Source: an uncultured Methanosarcinales archaeon
GTDB taxonomy: Archaea > Nanobdellota > Nanobdellia > Woesearchaeales > ARS49
Length of the DNA: 64,000 nt
Assembly: GCA_964353335.1 (NCBI GenBank)
Contig: CAYGVI010000003.1
Location: 130,695 to 194,694 of the forward strand
Reading direction: 5' to 3'
A program made the translations under genes and the position numbers. Shown here piece by piece: positions 55,981-64,000 of this stretch. The notes beneath the pieces are model-generated. The model saw nothing but the letters and a program-made list of their open reading frames with translations, had not been told where the DNA came from and did not search any database. Numbering within the stretch: position 1 is the stretch's first letter; each line of letters begins with the position of its first letter.

Positions 55981-56427
55981 ATGCACCAATACAAAATTCT
56001 TGTAGGAATAGACAATCCGCAGATTCTCTTCAATGGGAATGGAACAACACCAGAACTCAGGCCAGGCGTCAGAGGCGGGCTTGGGCTGATTAATTTGCAA
56101 TTGCCCTGCAAAGAATTCTCGATTAACTGGCAGGACAGGCAGCCTGCTGAGCTTCCTGTGCCAATTACTCCTGTCAAAAGTGCGCCTGAGTGCTATGGCA
56201 TTGTTTACAGGATTAGCAACAGGGTGGAGGACATTGAATCAGCAATAAAAACCGCAGGAAATGTTGTGGGAATATTCATTGAAAGCCCGGAAAATAATTG
56301 CCTTGAAGCGATTGCGAACCTGCAGAAAAAATACCCACACCAGGTAAAGGCAGTAAGGGATTTTAACGATGCAGCAATAAAGCTTGTCTGCCATTACGAA
56401 TACAATAAAGGGCGCAGGCTAGCATAA
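55981..56427 (+). CDS. hypothetical protein (148 aa), upstream partner of HerA-like ATPase
   Basis: ORF only; no recognisable motif. Confidence 0.4.
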   Translation: MHQYKILVGIDNPQILFNGNGTTPELRPGVRGGLGLINLQLPCKEFSINWQDRQPAELPVPITPVKSAPECYGIVYRISNRVEDIESAIKTAGNVVGIFIESPENNCLEAIANLQKKYPHQVKAVRDFNDAAIKLVCHYEYNKGRRLA

Positions 56428-56469
56428 ACCTTTTTATACTCTTATTCCACAGTTCTTCCTGAAAAGAGG

Positions 56470-57810
56470 ATGGCATTCGAAATAATTCTTGGAAGAGAGG
56501 AATCTGAGAGGGAGAAGTTTGGCACTCTTGGCACTATTCTTATTGGAAAGCACTATGTCCAAATGGGCCAGACCACTGCGTTAGCACAGAATATCTACAT
56601 GGACTTGAACCGCGCGCACGTTGTTTTTGTCTGCGGAAAAAGAGGAAGTGGAAAATCATACTGCCTTGGAGTCATAGCAGAGGGCATAGCAACACTGCCG
56701 GAAGAATACCGCTCGCGATTAGCAGTTGTCCTTCTTGACACAATGGGAATTTACTGGACAATGAAGTACCCGAACCACAAGGACGAGAATTTGCTCCAGC
56801 AGTGGGGAATGGAAGGCAAGGGAATTCCTGTAAAAATCTTCACGCCGACAGGATTTTTCAAGAAATACAAGTCAGAGGGCATTCCAACAGACGTGCCTTT
56901 CTCAATCAGGCCTTATGAATTGACTCCAGAAGACTGGAATCTGACTTTTGACATACACCCAGAGGACCCGCTGGCTATTTTCCTCGCGAAAATAGTTCTC
57001 ACGCTGAAAAAAGACAGGGATGATTATGATATTGAGGACATAATCGCGGCAGTACAGGCAGACCCGCACGAGGAAGAGCACGTCAAGAACTCTGCCTTGA
57101 ACAGGTTCAGGAGCGTTGAATCCTGGGGAGTGTTCAGCAGGGAGGCAACACCGCTGAAAGAGCTGATACAGGGCGGCCAAATCAGCATCCTTGACCTCAG
57201 CCCTTATGCAGTGATGCCAAACGGCTGGAAGATAAAGCATTTGGTCATCGGGCTTGTTGCAGAAAGGCTGTTCATGGAGAGAATGACTGTGAGAAAGAAT
57301 GAGGAATTTCGGAGCATTCACTCTGCAATCCACTATTTGTTGTCTCAGGAAGAGGAGGAAGAGGCAAAGCTGAAGGGCAAAGAAATGCCCATTGTGTGGC
57401 TGATGATTGACGAAGCCCACGAATTCCTGCCTGCTCAGGGCAAGACATCTGCAACAGACGCATTAATCACGTTATTACGAGAAGGGCGCCAGCCTGGAAT
57501 TGCAATGGTAATGGCAACCCAGCAGCCTGGAAAGATACACACAGACGCAATGACCCAGTCAGACATTGTATTGTCACACAGGCTGACAGCAAAAGTGGAC
57601 ACTGACGCAATGGGAAGCATCATCCAGAGCTACCTGAGGGGCACGCTTGACAAGGAGCTCGCAGGGCTGCCAAGGGTGGCTGGCTCGTGCATAGCTGTTG
57701 ACGACGTAAATGAGCGCATGTACCCGATGCAAATCCGCCCCAGGTTCTCCTGGCACGGCGGCGGTGCGCCCAAGATAGTTGAAGAAAAAAAGAAAGCGCT
57801 GGAATTCTGA
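56470..57810 (+). CDS. HerA/FtsK-superfamily ATPase (DUF87-like)
   Basis: Walker A VFVCGKRGSGKSY; Walker B/DEAH LMIDEAHEFLP. Confidence 0.7.
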   Translation: MAFEIILGREESEREKFGTLGTILIGKHYVQMGQTTALAQNIYMDLNRAHVVFVCGKRGSGKSYCLGVIAEGIATLPEEYRSRLAVVLLDTMGIYWTMKYPNHKDENLLQQWGMEGKGIPVKIFTPTGFFKKYKSEGIPTDVPFSIRPYELTPEDWNLTFDIHPEDPLAIFLAKIVLTLKKDRDDYDIEDIIAAVQADPHEEEHVKNSALNRFRSVESWGVFSREATPLKELIQGGQISILDLSPYAVMPNGWKIKHLVIGLVAERLFMERMTVRKNEEFRSIHSAIHYLLSQEEEEEAKLKGKEMPIVWLMIDEAHEFLPAQGKTSATDALITLLREGRQPGIAMVMATQQPGKIHTDAMTQSDIVLSHRLTAKVDTDAMGSIIQSYLRGTLDKELAGLPRVAGSCIAVDDVNERMYPMQIRPRFSWHGGGAPKIVEEKKKALEF

Positions 57811-57811
57811 T

Positions 57812-58258
57812 TCAGGAATAAAGGACGAAATGATTGTCCTTTTCATCAAGCTTGCGTATTAATGAGTCATAATAAGTGTTAAAGACACTGCGAACAAACA
57901 TCTCTGCATCTCCGCCGAATAATTGCTCGACGTGAATCCCTGTCCTTTCGCCAATATCTTGTGTTTTCAGGTGATATTTAACATCAAGATTGGAATAAGT
58001 GGAGAGTATTAGCCCCTCCTTGTAAGCGCCGCTGTTCTTTACGTAAACAAAAGGGAAATTTTTTGAGGCTGCATCAAAACCTTTTGGAACCCACAGTTTC
58101 TTTCGCCCCAAAACAAACATTTTTCCAATCTTTGAAAGAAACCCCGGATCGCTCAGCACGCCTGTCAGAGTATCGTCAACATCGGCAGACAAATTAACCT
58201 TGCAAGCCGCTGTTAATCTTTCTTTATCAGACTGCCTTATCCACAGTTGCAGTGTCAT
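57812..58258 (-). CDS. small HAD-like phosphatase (NT5C/5'-nucleotidase-like), tentative
   Basis: DVDDTLTG matches HAD motif I (DxDxT); 148 aa. Confidence 0.4.
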   Translation of the reverse strand: MTLQLWIRQSDKERLTAACKVNLSADVDDTLTGVLSDPGFLSKIGKMFVLGRKKLWVPKGFDAASKNFPFVYVKNSGAYKEGLILSTYSNLDVKYHLKTQDIGERTGIHVEQLFGGDAEMFVRSVFNTYYDSLIRKLDEKDNHFVLYS

Positions 58259-58336
58259 GGGAATAATGCAAAAGGGATGCTTATAAAACTAAGGATTTGA
58301 AAAAGAAAGAATTATAAAAAAATAAAAAAATCCGCC

Positions 58337-59083
58337 TTAGATTGCAGGCGGTGTGACTTCCTGGTCTGTCAGTGTGTTGAAAAACACGTCATTGAACTTG
58401 TAGTTCAACTCCTGCCCTGACGATGGCACAATCCGGACTGCCCTTGGGACTCCGTATGTGTCATCAATCCACATCTGGATGAGCTTTCCGCCTTCTTCAT
58501 ACTCAATCTTGGTTGTAGTCCGCTGGTCAAACACTTCAGGACCGATTATTGTCGCGGTTGCAGGCACTGTCTTCACCCATTCATACGGCGTCTTGAACCT
58601 GTACTGGTCATAATTCAGGTTTGTCCATTCCTTCTTCCTGTTGTCGCCCTGTGGCCAGACGCAGCGCCTGTTGCTTTCACACCTGCCAACTATGCTCTTT
58701 GTGGCCGTGTCAAGGTATACTGTGTCAAAGTATGTGTCAGCAAGATACGGGTCATACTCATAGAGCTGTATCTTCATCTTGCTTCCCTTAACAAAGACTG
58801 TGTCTGGCTGCTGCTTTATTGGAATAACAAAGTCAAGGTACTTGTAGCTCTTCACTTTTTGGTCTGCCTTGCTCAAAAGTGCCTGCATTTGCTTTGACAC
58901 GGCAGGAACAGGCTTCACAACGACAGGTGTCGGTCCTGGCACAGCTGGAGCCGCAGGCTGTGCAGCCGGTGCCGCAGGCTGTGCAGCAGGAGCTGCAGGT
59001 GCAGCTGGTGCCGCAGGCTGTGCAGGCGCACACGAAATTAGCATTAATACCAAAAATGCCGCGATTATCGCAGTATATTTCAT
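58337..59083 (-). CDS. secreted lipobox-like protein with (PAAPAAQ)n low-complexity linker
   Basis: MKYTAIIAAFLVLMLISCAP signal/lipobox-like; tandem Pro-Ala repeats encoded by a GCAGGCTGTGCAGC-type DNA repeat at about 58900-59030. Confidence 0.55.
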   Translation of the reverse strand: MKYTAIIAAFLVLMLISCAPAQPAAPAAPAAPAAQPAAPAAQPAAPAVPGPTPVVVKPVPAVSKQMQALLSKADQKVKSYKYLDFVIPIKQQPDTVFVKGSKMKIQLYEYDPYLADTYFDTVYLDTATKSIVGRCESNRRCVWPQGDNRKKEWTNLNYDQYRFKTPYEWVKTVPATATIIGPEVFDQRTTTKIEYEEGGKLIQMWIDDTYGVPRAVRIVPSSGQELNYKFNDVFFNTLTDQEVTPPAI

Positions 59084-59103
59084 TTCAATCCCCCACAATT
59101 TTG

Positions 59104-59418
59104 TTATTTGACTGGTTTAACAGCAAGCTGCGCGTCAGGCGACGCGCGGCCCATTGAAATTACTGAAGCGAAAAACATGCACAAAAACACGACAGCAAAT
59201 GCAACCCCTATTTTCAGGGAGAATTTCGTTGCCACGTAAAGCAGTGACACGAAAAATCCAATTATGCTTGTGACCATAAAACCTGTTGTGAGCGGAGTCC
59301 ATCTCTTCGAGCCTGATGGGTCTCCAATAACATCCCTTCTCACATTGCCGTGCTTGTGGCCACGCCCTTTTGCCATGTGTTCCCCCGTGATTATCTCGCT
59401 ATATAAATGTTTCTGCAC
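59104..59418 (-). CDS. hypothetical small membrane protein
   Basis: 104 aa, basic N-terminus, 2 TM. Confidence 0.35.
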   Translation of the reverse strand: MQKHLYSEIITGEHMAKGRGHKHGNVRRDVIGDPSGSKRWTPLTTGFMVTSIIGFFVSLLYVATKFSLKIGVAFAVVFLCMFFASVISMGRASPDAQLAVKPVK

Positions 59419-60518
59419 TAATTGAACTTCATGAAATTGATGCTGTGGACCTGCGCGCGGGCTTTCTCAAGCTTTTTCATGAAGTCTTCCATGAAAGCAG
59501 TCATTTTTTCGCAAGCGATTTGTTTCAGCTCACCAGAAAGCATCTGCCCTTTCTTGTACTGCTGGTAAATCATGTCAAGCTTGTTGTCGTTTTCTATCAA
59601 ATGCATCTTCAAAAGCTCAAAGACCATGTCTTTCTCAACCTCTGCGCCAAGCCTTCTCTGCTCTTCTGCTGTCTTCCTTCCGCCAGTAACTGCCTTTTGG
59701 ATTTTCCTGCACGCCTCCTTGATGTCTTCAGGCAGTTCGATGTTGCCTCCGGGTTTGCTCTTGCTCATTTTAATGTCTCCGTCAAGCGAAGGCATGAACT
59801 TGTGGTAGATTCCCGCAGGCGGGAAAAAGTTGTGCACGCTCTTTGTCCTCGCAACAACATCCCTTGTCAGCCTTATGTGCGGGTCCTGGTCAATTCCAAC
59901 AGGAATTACGCCAGGCATTGGCTCCTCAAGCTGTGGGAAAAGTATGTCTCCGACCTGGGTTACTGCGCCCATTATCCTGCTTGGGTCAGCGCTGCCATAA
60001 ACCGCCTTGAATTCATTGAGTGTGATGTGCTTTGCAGCCTCATACGCAAGGTGGATAACATCCTTGTTCTCGCTCTGGAAGTAGAAATTTGTCTTTTTTG
60101 GGTCAAGCCCGAGCGCGATGTATGCCGGAATGTGAAAATCCAAAGCGCGCTGCCTTGCTGTTTCAAGCGATACGCCGCGGGTTGTGGACGCCTCAAGGTC
60201 TGCGACAAGGACATATGTCTTTGCGCCATGCTCCTGAAAATACTGCATTTGCTCGACAACCATCTTGTTGCCAAAGTGAATCCTGTCAGCGGTTGGCATG
60301 ATTCCAGTAAGTGCATAATACGGCTTTTTTTTCTTTATGCAGTCTGAAATCACCTTCTGGTCCCTTGCAGCGAAAACTACATTCCTGCGCATCAGCCTGT
60401 TCGGCTCAGGGAACAATGAGGGGTCAAATACCTCAAGCCCGAACTGCTTTATCAGCTTTTCATAGTCCGCGTGGAGCTCTGCGCCCCATGGGTCAATTAT
60501 CAGCGCCATGCTCGGCAA
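59418..60518 (-). CDS. trpS: tryptophanyl-tRNA synthetase (archaeal/eukaryotic type)
   Basis: DPWG N-terminus, GIDQDPHIRLTRD, KMSKS; class I aaRS. Confidence 0.85.
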   Translation of the reverse strand: MPSMALIIDPWGAELHADYEKLIKQFGLEVFDPSLFPEPNRLMRRNVVFAARDQKVISDCIKKKKPYYALTGIMPTADRIHFGNKMVVEQMQYFQEHGAKTYVLVADLEASTTRGVSLETARQRALDFHIPAYIALGLDPKKTNFYFQSENKDVIHLAYEAAKHITLNEFKAVYGSADPSRIMGAVTQVGDILFPQLEEPMPGVIPVGIDQDPHIRLTRDVVARTKSVHNFFPPAGIYHKFMPSLDGDIKMSKSKPGGNIELPEDIKEACRKIQKAVTGGRKTAEEQRRLGAEVEKDMVFELLKMHLIENDNKLDMIYQQYKKGQMLSGELKQIACEKMTAFMEDFMKKLEKARAQVHSINFMKFN

Positions 60519-60650
60519 GGGGACTATTAGGGTATAAAAATCTTCCCAGAAGTGCCTGTGTTAACCTATTTAACAAAGGAGACCATTCTACAATATGTTA
60601 ACCTATTTAACAAATAAGCTCAATTCTCAGGGATAGCAAAATGATGGAAT

Positions 60651-61571
60651 TTGCCCCGAACGCAGGGTTTATATACGCTTTACTCGCAGCAACAGCCAAT
60701 GAAACACAACTGGACAATCACTATCCTGCTTGTCGGGCTTTTCCTTCTCGCACAGGTTATCGGGCTGTTGATTATCAGCAATTACATTGATGTCCAGAAG
60801 ACAGCTGAGACAGGCAAGGTTGAATGGAAAGCATTGCCTGCTGTGGGCGGAATCGGAATGGAGCGCCCTGAAGCTCCGCCTTTAATCTCTGTGATTTACA
60901 TTGCAGTTGCCTTGATTATCGGCACTGTCCTTATCCTGCTGATAATCAGGTGGCAGAAAGTGATGCTCTGGAAGCTGTGGTTCTGGCTTGCGGTTGTGCT
61001 CTGTTTGCACATTGCGTTCGCTGCTTTCATGAAGAGCAGCTATGCGCTTTTGCTCGCGCTGATTCTCGGCACCTGGAAAATTTTCAGGCCTGGCATTCTC
61101 GTGCACAATCTCACAGAGCTTTTCATTTACGGCGGGCTTGCGGTCATCTTTGTTCCTTTGCTCACACCCATTGCGGCCATTGTCCTGCTTTTGCTCATCT
61201 CTGTTTATGACATGTATGCTGTCTGGAAGTCAAAGCACATGGCAAACATGGCGCAGTTCCAGGCAAAGAGCGGGATTTTCGCAGGATTGCTGCTGCCGTA
61301 TGCGCCGAAGAAAATAATCTTCAAGGCGCCAAAAAAGCCAGGGCTGATAAGGACTGCAATACTCGGCGGCGGCGACATCGGCTTCCCGCTTATCTTTGCC
61401 GGCGTTGTCATGAAAACATCTGGCTTGCGCTCATCTGCAGTTGTTGCGCTTGGTGCGTCTCTGGCACTGTTCGCATTGCTTTATTACGGCCAGAGAAAGA
61501 GGTTTTATCCTGCAATGCCTTTCCTTACTGCAGGGTGCCTTATTGGGTACGGTCTTCTTTTCCTGTTTTGA
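60651..61571 (+). CDS. presenilin/signal-peptide-peptidase homologue (A22 intramembrane aspartyl protease)
   Basis: YD (SVYDMYAV), GxGD (LGGGDIGFPL) and PAL-like (YPAMPF) motifs in successive TM helices. Confidence 0.7.
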   Translation: MPRTQGLYTLYSQQQPMKHNWTITILLVGLFLLAQVIGLLIISNYIDVQKTAETGKVEWKALPAVGGIGMERPEAPPLISVIYIAVALIIGTVLILLIIRWQKVMLWKLWFWLAVVLCLHIAFAAFMKSSYALLLALILGTWKIFRPGILVHNLTELFIYGGLAVIFVPLLTPIAAIVLLLLISVYDMYAVWKSKHMANMAQFQAKSGIFAGLLLPYAPKKIIFKAPKKPGLIRTAILGGGDIGFPLIFAGVVMKTSGLRSSAVVALGASLALFALLYYGQRKRFYPAMPFLTAGCLIGYGLLFLF

Positions 61572-62376
61572 AAAGGTTCAGGGTTTTCTGCCTTAGTTCT
61601 GCTGAGTAAGAGATAGGGTCAACAATCATTCCGTCTTCTGCTGATATCACCTGCACCCCTGACTGCAGTTTTATGTCCCTTGTTTCGTACATTGGCTTTG
61701 CGTCAAGCATTTTCTGCGAGAAATGGGTTAAAATGCACAGCTTGGGATTTGTCTTTTTGAGGATTTTCACAACGTCTGCCGAGCAAAGCCCTGGTTCCTT
61801 GCTTTTTCCCGGGTGCTGGCAGTTAAGCACGAGTATGTCAGCGCCTTCATACTGCTCTGCGATCTCAGGGCTGTATGATGTGTCTCCGCTGTAAGCCAGG
61901 ACAAAGTCAGGTGTGAAAATCTTAAATCCGAGCGAGTGGAGGTCAGAGTGCTTTGCCACGAGCGGGTGCACTTCAATATTTTCCATTGCTATCTTCTTGT
62001 TTGGCTGTGCGACAATGATTTTTTCCACGTGGTTTGCAAAGTGCGTGTGCAGCACTGGCTTGATGTGCTCTGTGCCTTGTATGACGCTCTCTGGTGCAAT
62101 AAGGACTCCGTGGCTGTCAAGGCCGTTCAATGTCATCGCGTGAATCAGGGCATTAAGGTCATTGCAGTGGTTCAGGTGCGCGTGTGAGACCAGGATTGCA
62201 GAGTGGCCGCGCACATTGATTCCGCAAAGCGCTGCATTTGTCAAGGCTCCTGGTCCTGGGTCAATGTGGAGCTGAAGCTCTCCGACCTGCACGATAAACC
62301 CTCCTGAGCTTCTTGACTGCTTGCTGACTACGCCGAGGTTCCCCGCAGTCCCCAAGAACACAAGCCGTGAAGGCAT
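61540..62376 (-). CDS. MBL-fold metallo-hydrolase
   Basis: VSHAHLNHC (HxHxDH-like), plus downstream His/Asp ligands. Confidence 0.75.
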   Translation of the reverse strand: MPSRLVFLGTAGNLGVVSKQSRSSGGFIVQVGELQLHIDPGPGALTNAALCGINVRGHSAILVSHAHLNHCNDLNALIHAMTLNGLDSHGVLIAPESVIQGTEHIKPVLHTHFANHVEKIIVAQPNKKIAMENIEVHPLVAKHSDLHSLGFKIFTPDFVLAYSGDTSYSPEIAEQYEGADILVLNCQHPGKSKEPGLCSADVVKILKKTNPKLCILTHFSQKMLDAKPMYETRDIKLQSGVQVISAEDGMIVDPISYSAELRQKTLNLFKTGKEDRTQ

Positions 62377-62429
62377 GACATACTAATCATTCACTGTTTT
62401 AATAAAGATTTCGAGACTGCAGAAGCATT

Positions 62430-63485
62430 TCAGAATTTCGGCAGGTAGGTCGGCGGCAAAAGTATGCCCTCCTCAACCATTCCTATCTGTTCAAGCCCGA
62501 TTTTTCCTGCATACAGTGGAGTTATGTCCTTTCCTTTTGCAATGAATTCCTCAAGCGCGAGCTTTCCTTCAAGGTAAACGTGGTCTTTGATAAATCCGCC
62601 TGCTGCAGAAGTGTCTTTTAATCCGCGCTTCACCCTCACTGTCATTTCAAATGCCTCTTTTGGAGGGAAAAACTTGCATAATTCATTGAAAACATCCCTG
62701 AAGCTGCCTTTCAAAGCTGTTGAGTCAGCAATAACCCTTCCTGCAAACCTCCTAAGCCTGATGTTTGTGAGACAGCCTGCTTTTTTCTCGTGCAGTGCAG
62801 CCAGCCCCTCTTCTGTTAAAAGGTATCCCGGGATTGCGTCTGTGGAAAAAATCTCATAGTGCTGCCTGTAGCCGTTCATTGACCTTAATACGTGCACACC
62901 GATTTCGTGCGCAAGTATGCATTTCACTCCTTTTGCTGAGAATTTTGCAGTATCCCTTATCACTATTGTTCTTTTGCTCGGGCTTACTGCGACTCTTGCG
63001 ACAGAGGGCTTTATCCTGATGTGCCATCCTGTGAATCCGTGCTGCAATAATGCCTTTTCAATCTCTGCTTTCATGTATGTTGCTGCGTAAGGCTTTGTCG
63101 GAACAGGCTCCCTTGACGTCTTCTCAAGTATTGCATATGCCTTGTGCACCAATTCCCTTGATGGAGTGCCGTAAAGCTGTGTGTCTGTGAAATCCTCTTT
63201 GCCGATTTTTTCCAGAACTTTCACTGACAGCAGCAGCCTTTCCTTCACATCCCTGAACAATTGCCCAAGAGGTGTTTTGTCAACAACATTTATCGCGCTG
63301 AGCCTTGTCCTCAATGCATCTGCCCTTGTGAAGTTGCGGTAAGTGAACTTTGGCTCGTAATTTGCAGAAGCGAAGAACGCCCTTGCCTCGTCCTGCAGGT
63401 TTGTTGGCGTGAGAAAAGCCAAAAGGTGCGATGCCCTGCTTGCCTCTGAAAGCGCCCTGTCAGCAACGTTAAGGGGAGTGGCCAT
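62430..63485 (-). CDS. DUF1704-like protein (QEGLA-motif, HExxxH carboxypeptidase-like)
   Basis: ILAHEIGVHVLR and TEEGLAALHE motifs. Confidence 0.55.
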   Translation of the reverse strand: MATPLNVADRALSEASRASHLLAFLTPTNLQDEARAFFASANYEPKFTYRNFTRADALRTRLSAINVVDKTPLGQLFRDVKERLLLSVKVLEKIGKEDFTDTQLYGTPSRELVHKAYAILEKTSREPVPTKPYAATYMKAEIEKALLQHGFTGWHIRIKPSVARVAVSPSKRTIVIRDTAKFSAKGVKCILAHEIGVHVLRSMNGYRQHYEIFSTDAIPGYLLTEEGLAALHEKKAGCLTNIRLRRFAGRVIADSTALKGSFRDVFNELCKFFPPKEAFEMTVRVKRGLKDTSAAGGFIKDHVYLEGKLALEEFIAKGKDITPLYAGKIGLEQIGMVEEGILLPPTYLPKF

Positions 63486-63537
63486 AATGTACTGCTAAAC
63501 CATTAGATTTAAAAACATTCTCTCAATGGTGTTTGTT

Positions 63538-63815
63538 GGGCGGGCTCTTCCGGGAGGTTAGCCGTCTCCTGTCACTTCAAATCGGCTTCATGGTTGGGAG
63601 AAGCAGTCCGAGCGACCCAGTTGAGAGTAATCGGTCTTGTGCCGGACGTTGACATTCTGTCCTGCAGGGTTGCTCTTGTAGGAACCGCTTCAGGGCCGGA
63701 AGGCAGCAGAGCTAACTGTAAGAGTGAATGCTTGCGGGGGTGCGGAATTGAGGATGGCATGAGGTCAAACCGGCTATTCTTTTCTGGCTCCACCGGTCTG
63801 CGTGTCCGCCCGCTT
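63538..63815 (+). ncRNA. ffs: signal recognition particle RNA (7S/SRP RNA)
   Basis: Helix-8 conserved motif CAGGGCCGGAAGGCAGCAGAGC (compare 4.5S GGUCCGGAAGGAAGCAGCC). 5' gcgggc pairs with 3' gcccgc followed by TTTTCTT; TATA tttaaaaa about 27 nt upstream. Confidence 0.7.
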
Positions 63816-63858
63816 TTCTTAACGAAGCTTTTTATTGAGCCGGCTGGTTTTGTTCAGT

Positions 63859-64000
63859 ATGGTTATTACTCCTGCAGCAAAGGTATTTGTGCTGAGCCTA
63901 GCAGAGCTTCTTACTAATCAGGGCGCTGAAAACCTTGAAGATGAGTCGCGCATCATCCGCCACACAACTGAAATAAAACTGCCAATGATGGAAATAGTTG
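63859..64000 (+). CDS. hypothetical protein, 3'-partial (MVITPAAKVFVLSLAELLTNQGAEN...)
   Basis: ATG at 63859 downstream of SRP RNA; runs off the window end. Confidence 0.3.
   Translation, partial: MVITPAAKVFVLSLAELLTNQGAENLEDESRIIRHTTEIKLPMMEIV

Noticed and set aside
59445-60347. 300-aa antisense ORF opposite trpS
   Set aside because: The long ORF on the opposite strand has no motifs, whereas the minus-strand frame has unambiguous TrpRS signatures (DPWG, IDQDPHIRLTRD, KMSKS).
63572-63917. Two overlapping ORFs (63572..63793 minus, 63594..63917 plus)
   Set aside because: They lie within the SRP RNA gene; conserved helix-8 motif and terminal helix explain the region.
1-64000. CRISPR arrays, transposases, integrases, IS elements
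   Set aside because: No regularly spaced direct repeats, no DDE/tyrosine-recombinase-like ORFs and no terminal inverted repeats were recognised. The only repeats are the 197-bp duplication, the 60-nt promoter-proximal element and coding low-complexity repeats.

Overview
Archaeal chromosomal segment, about 47-48% GC with markedly AT-rich islands. Archaeal identity is supported by topoisomerase VI A/B, archaeal-type DnaG, ABCE1, eukaryote/archaeal-type TrpRS, a Rio kinase, a Dim2-like KH protein, a presenilin homologue, a DUF99 protein, a standalone 5S rRNA and a 7S SRP RNA, with archaeal-type TATA boxes about 25 bp upstream of TSSs and many leaderless starts. Positions 1-32.8 kb are one very dense cell-surface glycosylation island. 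It carries at least 6 paralogous GT-C-fold (ArnT/PMT-like) membrane glycosyltransferases, 4 Dpm1/GtrB-like GT2 polyprenyl-phosphate sugar synthases, 2 Wzx/MOP flippases, several SAM methyltransferases, a B12-radical SAM enzyme, an AsnB-like amidotransferase and a GT9 heptosyltransferase. It also carries a GDP-D-glycero-alpha-D-manno-heptose cassette (hddA-hddC-gmhB) flanked by a ~197-bp direct repeat, and a DPA-like module (DPPR-synthase-like UbiA + Rossmann FAD oxidoreductase + 2 SDR epimerases + GT-C). Positions 32.8-64 kb hold housekeeping genes: 5S rRNA, secDF with an ArnE/F-like EamA pair, a DEAD-box helicase, tRNAs, ABCE1, top6AB, dnaG, trpS and SRP RNA. These are interspersed with several uncharacterised small genes. 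No CRISPR array, transposase or integrase was recognised.
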